Position numbers and translations under genes: made by a program. Shown here in pieces: positions 59,301 to 64,000 of a DNA stretch of 64,000 bases. The notes below the pieces were generated by a model. The model was given only the letters and a program-made list of their open reading frames with translations. It was not told the origin of the DNA and made no database searches. This DNA is from Macrostomum hystrix (lineage: Eukaryota > Animalia > Platyhelminthes), in NCBI GenBank assembly GCA_950097015.1, contig CATNEN010000025.1, positions 9,238,001 through 9,302,000 on the forward strand. Direction: 5' to 3'. Position 1 is the stretch's first letter, and each line of letters starts with the position of its first letter.

Positions 59301-61812
59301 CGGCCCGAAGACGTAGATACTCTAGTTGCGAAACATCGAGGGCCTCCATAAAATTGGGGCTTTTTTTCAGCCTGTATTCTTCGAGCGCAGTAGCATACAC
59401 TGGAACCGAAATGTACATTTGAGGCCTATCGGACGCTGACGACCCTAGATTTAGGAAATTGTGCGGTGTCCAATGCAAATCGCATATTTTTGTAGGAGCC
59501 AACTGTGCATCCTGGGTGCGACTGGGACTGCAGGCATCAGCAGTGGTGGACATTCAGCCAGCAGTTGGAGTCGAGGCGAAGGCCTTCTGCAACACAACAG
59601 ATAATTCGACAACGTTAAGTATGTGCAGTTTGGTATGTAAATTATAACCTAAATTTTAAGACATGAGTCAATGGTGAATAGTTTTTGGTTTCATCTAGGC
59701 CACAGTCTCCAAGACAACGAGACGCTTGTTCAAGGCTTCGAGCTGCCCGGTTCCTACCAGCTGAAGCTGAAATATTCTGGAGGCCTGGCGGCCGGCTCTG
59801 CCCTTGCTACCGCAGCCATCAGATGCGAACAGTTCATGCGACTGCGCTGTCAGAACAGCCTGCGCACCAAGGCTGCCGCTACTGGCGAGGTGAAGCCCGT
59901 CGGTTGTTCCGTCCGTGGACTGGGGAGGTCGACGCACCTTAAGAGCGGTTCACGCGTTTGCCACTGGCACCAAGGTCCATAAGCTCGATTCCACGGCGAG
60001 GCCACATTTATTTGGGGCGCAGCCGCGGAAAGAAGGCTTGGGGACTTTTCGAGCAATTTATGCCCTTAACAATAGAACTACCAAAGGGGGGTGGGAAATT
60101 CCCCCCTGACAATTTTTTTGCTGCACCCGAACGGAACAATGCAAGCACACGAAACTCAAGAACACGGGCCAACTTTTTGTTGCACATCTTCTGAAAAAGA
60201 AACAAGTCGCCAGCTCTTCCGACCGTCGAGATATTCAATGTTGCTGGCCGAAGGTCCGATTTTTCCCATAAGAGCTAGTGTATTTCATACACCCCTATAC
60301 ACGAATTTGCACTGCGCCTCAGTGCGGCCTTTCCAGACCTTCAAACTTTATCAGCATGTCACCCGAATGTGCTTGCATCATCTCCGACTTCGGCGGTCAC
60401 CGACCTTTATCTAGATCTATCTCTCTTATCTATCTAGACCATGAAGAGCTACAACATGTGGAACTAGGCCACTATGGACACCCTGACGCGAATTTCTCCA
60501 ATTTCACTGTTCAAGCCTAACTATTAGGCGCAGCTCAACCACAGGACACCCTCGACTAGTCTGTCAACCAATCAGTCATGAGAAACCAATTTCTCATGAC
60601 GATGAGAAACCAATTTCTCATGACGATGAGAAAGTCAGGGCAGATGTACACACCTGTTTTTCGTCCTGTACATACGTTACTTTAGTCGTCGTTTGATGGA
60701 AGACTCAGTGTCCAATAGAGTAATTTATCGATGCAGAGTAGTCATAATTAAGTTATTAGTCAATGATTAATCAAGGATAACACACATCCAGGTGATGACC
60801 TGGTGGAATAACCGCCTAGGCCAAAAGATGACCTCCTGGGGCAGCGTGCCAAGCAATCTGACCATGTGCAGCTGCGGCTACACAAAGACATGCAGCCAGC
60901 CCATTTACCTGTGCAACTGCGACGGACCGTCGGCTGACTGGGTAGAGGACAAGGGCTACGTGCAGGATGCCAGCGCGCTGCCTGTGAGCAGTGTACAGGT
61001 CGGTGACACAGGTTAGTGAGCTCGTATATACACTGTTTACAACCAGTGGGCCAAAGCCTCTCTAAGGATGGGAAGTATAGCGCATATTCTTTCCATAGAG
61101 ATACAACAATACGCTCGTATTAACAGGCTACTGAAAGTAGGCTCATTCAGTTTTGTAACCTAAACTATTTGATAAATTAGAAGAGAAAAAGTTAGTAATT
61201 TGAAAATGCATGGTTGCGACAGTAGATAATACTTTATTGTCTTTTAAAACACGATTCATACATTTAATATCTGAAAGTCGTTTAGATATAAAATTTACAT
61301 TGTCGTCACATTGAACGGACTGAGAAATGATTTCTCGGATATTAAATGTGTAAAACCTAGCATTAAACGAAAAAGGGGTGCACTATATGCTTTTAGCCAA
61401 TTAGCCAAGTTGTTTAATGCACGCTTTTCAAGAATAGTCTATGGCCGAGACTCCCGAATTGAATCGTAATTACAATTACAATGTCTATGGCCTCGACATT
61501 TAAACACTCAAAACCAAATATTGAACCCCTCATTAAAAAGGCTTTTATTTAAAAAACTTTTGAAATCAAGCAGATTTAACAAATACTCAAATAGTGACTC
61601 ACTATCACACCTACAAATGCAAACGAGTACTATTGCAAAGCCAAGATAGTCAAGACATCGGGAAAGTCAACCAGAAATTAAATATGACGCAGGCACCTAA
61701 GATGAGTTTACTCCAGCCAACAGCATACAAAAAGCATTTAAAATGAAACATTTCAGGCAATACTGGCGAACGAGTGGCGGTGCTGGTTGGCCCACTAGTC
61801 TGCTGGCACTGA
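44351..61812 (+). CDS. Secreted mosaic protein, ~1113 aa: SP-PAN-EGF-TSP1x2-SRCR-TSP1x9-Caspr-type fibrinogen-like domain. Exons 44351-44761, 44948-45086, 45624-45806, 46027-46188, 46275-46463, 46624-46782, 47674-47844, 53101-53265, 55282-55446, 56302-56448, 56902-57066, 57184-57354, 57439-57603, 58433-58606, 59080-59265, 59496-59618, 59699-59889, 60792-61011, 61757-61812
   Basis: Hydrophobic N-terminus; CAALC...CAAFAF...CEL (PAN); CLNNGVC...YVCACQVGFSGDRC (EGF); WSxWxxCSxTCGGGxxxRxRxC on phase-1 exons; GYVC...VVCRSLGF and LECNGDEATLQSC (SRCR); TWWNNR...CSCG...CNCD...DKG...LPV...GDT...LVGPLVC (Caspr-like). Exon lengths sum to 3342 nt, in frame. Confidence 0.85.
46867..47600. repeat. 53-bp G-rich minisatellite
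   Basis: Unit GGGCTAGCAGGAGTTGGGGAGGTGAGCGGTGAGGGTGTTTAGAGGCGTGCTGT. Confidence 0.95.
49085..52645. repeat. 47-bp satellite, ~3.5 kb
   Basis: Unit AGATGGGCAATCCCTAGTGTCTGAGGTGGGGAATCCAAAGTGCCTAA. Confidence 0.97.
52715..52980. repeat. 67-bp tandem repeat (~4 copies) related to the adjacent 47-bp satellite
   Basis: Unit AATCCCTAGTGTCTGAGGAGGAACCCTTAGCCTTCGCAGAGGGGAATCCGTAGTGCCTGAGAATAGG. Confidence 0.9.
53290..53875. repeat. 21-bp minisatellite (GTGAGTTCTGTAGTGACACCA grading into GTGAGTTGTCAAGTGTCTATT)
   Basis: Direct reading. It explains the ORFs at 53303-53890. Confidence 0.93.
54735..55065 (-). mobile_element. tRNA-derived SINE family 1 copy
   Basis: Reverse complement of the 55690-56025 consensus. 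Confidence 0.75.
55690..56025 (+). mobile_element. tRNA-derived SINE family 1, full length (~335 bp)
   Basis: Head GTGCAGAGCGG...GAGCTCGATTCCGCGGCGAGGCCA (A/B-box-like), body, and an (ATT)n tail. Partial copies at ~5145-5280, 9700-9920, 19715-19870, 37535-37675, 40725-40885, 43500-43760, 45400-45480, 58695-58925, 59905-60075 and 60600-60660. Confidence 0.78.
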
Positions 61813-62073
61813 AGGCGGTGGAAATGGCATTATCTCTCACCAAATGCAAACATTTCTCTATTAAGTCACGAACAAAATCTTAATCAAGGTTTCTGCATGG
61901 AAAAATACAAGACAGTTTAGGGGAAAAAAGAATAATAAAGGTGGATAAATAAATATTTGCATAGAATACATTATTATCATTGATGGAATTTATTTTATAT
62001 TGACAAGCCAACACACTGTACTGTGCAGCAAATGCAGCAAACTGCAAGGCTGAGTAGCTTAATCCTGCAAAAA

Positions 62074-64000
62074 TTCTCTGTGGGTTGTTGGATTCTTTGT
62101 GGGTTGTTGGATTCTCTGTGGGTTGTTGGATTCTTTGTGGGTTGTTGGATTCTCTGTGGGTTGTTGCATTCTCTGTGGGTTGGGGGATTCTCTGTGGGTT
62201 GTTGCATTCTCTGTGGGTTGGGGGATTCTCTGTGGGTTGTTGGATTCTTTGTGGGTTGTTGGATTCTTTGTAGGTTGTTGTATTCTCTGTGGGTTGGGGG
62301 ATTCTTTGTGGGTTGTTGGATTCCCTGTGGGTTGTTGCATTCTCTGTGGGTTGTTGTATTCTCTGTGGGTTGGGGGATTCTTTGTGGGTTGTTGTATTCT
62401 CTGTGGGTTGTTGCATTCTCTGTGGGTTGGGGGATTCTCTGTGGGTTGTTGGATTCTTTGTGGGTTGTTGGATTCTTTGTGGGTTGTTGGATTCTCTGTG
62501 GGTTGGGGGATTCTTTGTGGGTTGTTGGATTCCCTGTGGGTTGTTGCATTCTCTGTGGGTTGTTGCATTCTCTGTGGGTTGTTGGATTCTTTCTGGGTTG
62601 TTGGATTCTCTGTGGGTTGTTGCATTCTCTGTGGGTTGTTGGATTCTCTGTGGGTTGGGGGATTCTTTGTGGGTTGTTGGATTCTCTGTGGGTTGGGGGA
62701 TTCTTTGTGGGTTGTTGCATTCCCTGTGGGTTGTTGCATTCTCTGTGGGTTGTTGTATTCTCTGTGGGTTGGGGGATTCTTTGTGGGTTGTTGTATTCTC
62801 TGTGGGTTGTTGCATTCTCTGTGGGTTGGGGGATTCTCTGTGGGTTGTTGGATTCTTTGTGGGTTGTTGCATTCTCTGTGGGTTGTTGGATTCTCTGTGG
62901 GTTGTTGGATTCTTTGTGGGTTGTTGGATTCCCTGTGGGTTGTTGCATTCTCTGTGGGTTGTTGCATTCTCTGTGGGTTGTTGGATTCTTTGTGGGTTGT
63001 TGGATTCTCTGTGGGTTGTTGCATTCTCTGTGGGTTGTTGGATTCTCTGTGGGTTGGGGGATTCTTTGTGGGTTGTTGGATTCTCTGTGGGTTGGGGGAT
63101 TCTTTGTGGTTGTTGGATTCCCTGTGGGTTGTTGCATTCTCTGTGGGTTGTTGTATTCTCTGTGGGTTGGGGGATTCTTTGTGGGTTGTTGTATTCTCTG
63201 TGGGTTGTTGCATTCTCTGTGGGTTGGGGGATTCTCTGTGGGTTGTTGGATTCTTTGTGGGTTGTTGGATTCTTTGTGGGTTGTTGCATTCTCTGTGGGT
63301 TGGGGGATTCTCTGTGGGTTGTTGTATTCTCTGTGGGTTGTTGTATTCTCTGTGGGTTGTTGGATTCTTTGTGGGTTGTTGGATTCTCTATGGGTTGTTG
63401 GATTCCCTGTGGGTTGTTGCATTCTCTGTGGGTTGTTGCATTCTCTGTGGGTTGTTGGATTCTTTGTGGGTTGTTGGATTCTCTGTGGGTTGTTGCATTC
63501 TCTGTGGGTTGTTGGATTCTCTGTGGGTTGGGGGATTCTTTGTGGGTTGTTGGATTCTCTGTGGGTTGGGGGATTCTTTGTGGGTTGTTGGATTCCCTGT
63601 GGGTTGTTGCATTCTCTGTGGGTTGTTGTATTCTCTGTGGGTTGGGGGATTCTTTGTGGGTTGTTGTATTCTCTGTGGGTTGTTGCATTCTCTGTGGGTT
63701 GGGGGATTCTCTGTGGGTTGTTGGATTCTTTGTGGGTTGTTGCATTCTCTGTGGGTTGTTGGATTCTTTGTGGGTTGTTGGATTCTCTGTGGGTTGTTGC
63801 ATTCTCTGTGGGTTGTTGGATTCTCTGTGGGTTGTTGGATTCTTTGTGGGTTGTTGGATTCTCTGTGGGTTGTTGCATTCTCTGTGGGTTGTTGGATTCT
63901 CTGTGGGTTGTTGGATTCTTTGTGGGTTGTTGGATTCCCTGTGGGTTGTTGCATTCTCTGTAGGTTGTTGCATTCTCTGTGGGTTGTTGGATTCTTTGTG
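62074..64000. repeat. 19-bp minisatellite (GTGGGTTGTTGGATTCTYT)n running off the window end
   Basis: Direct reading. The 19-aa periodicity of the long ORFs at 61880-63973 follows from the 19-bp unit. Confidence 0.97.

Noticed and set aside
61880-63973. Four long ORFs (up to 697 aa) on both strands
   Set aside because: They are translations of a stop-free 19-bp minisatellite (19-aa periodicity), with no splice or domain support.

Overview
Eukaryotic, intron-containing and repeat-rich animal genomic DNA. It is probably from a free-living flatworm such as Macrostomum, but that is my inference from gene style and repeat content and is not verified. Genes: the 3' ten coding exons of choline acetyltransferase (+, 1060-13083); a decayed caspase pseudogene (-, ~14030-15391); ASH2L (-, 16520-20875); mevalonate kinase in one large exon with no in-frame AUG (-, 22220-23548); a 5-exon WD40 protein (+, 34947-41098); and a complete 19-exon secreted mosaic protein with PAN, EGF, 11 TSP1, SRCR and a Caspr-type fibrinogen-like domain (+, 44351-61812). 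Mobile DNA: an intact 6.3-kb two-ORF non-LTR retrotransposon (APE-RT-RNase H, 12-bp TSD, tandem 5' monomers) and a 367-bp truncated sister copy with a 15-bp TSD. There are also fossils of THAP/P-element, Penelope, Gypsy and LINE elements, two tRNA-derived SINE families, and about ten intronic or intergenic minisatellite arrays that explain most of the long repetitive ORFs. Best leads: a possible spliced-leader-supplied start codon and an operon-like MVK-ASH2L cluster; the mosaic secreted protein with a frame-rescuing splice donor; the young LINE; and a T-shaped triple-hairpin element.
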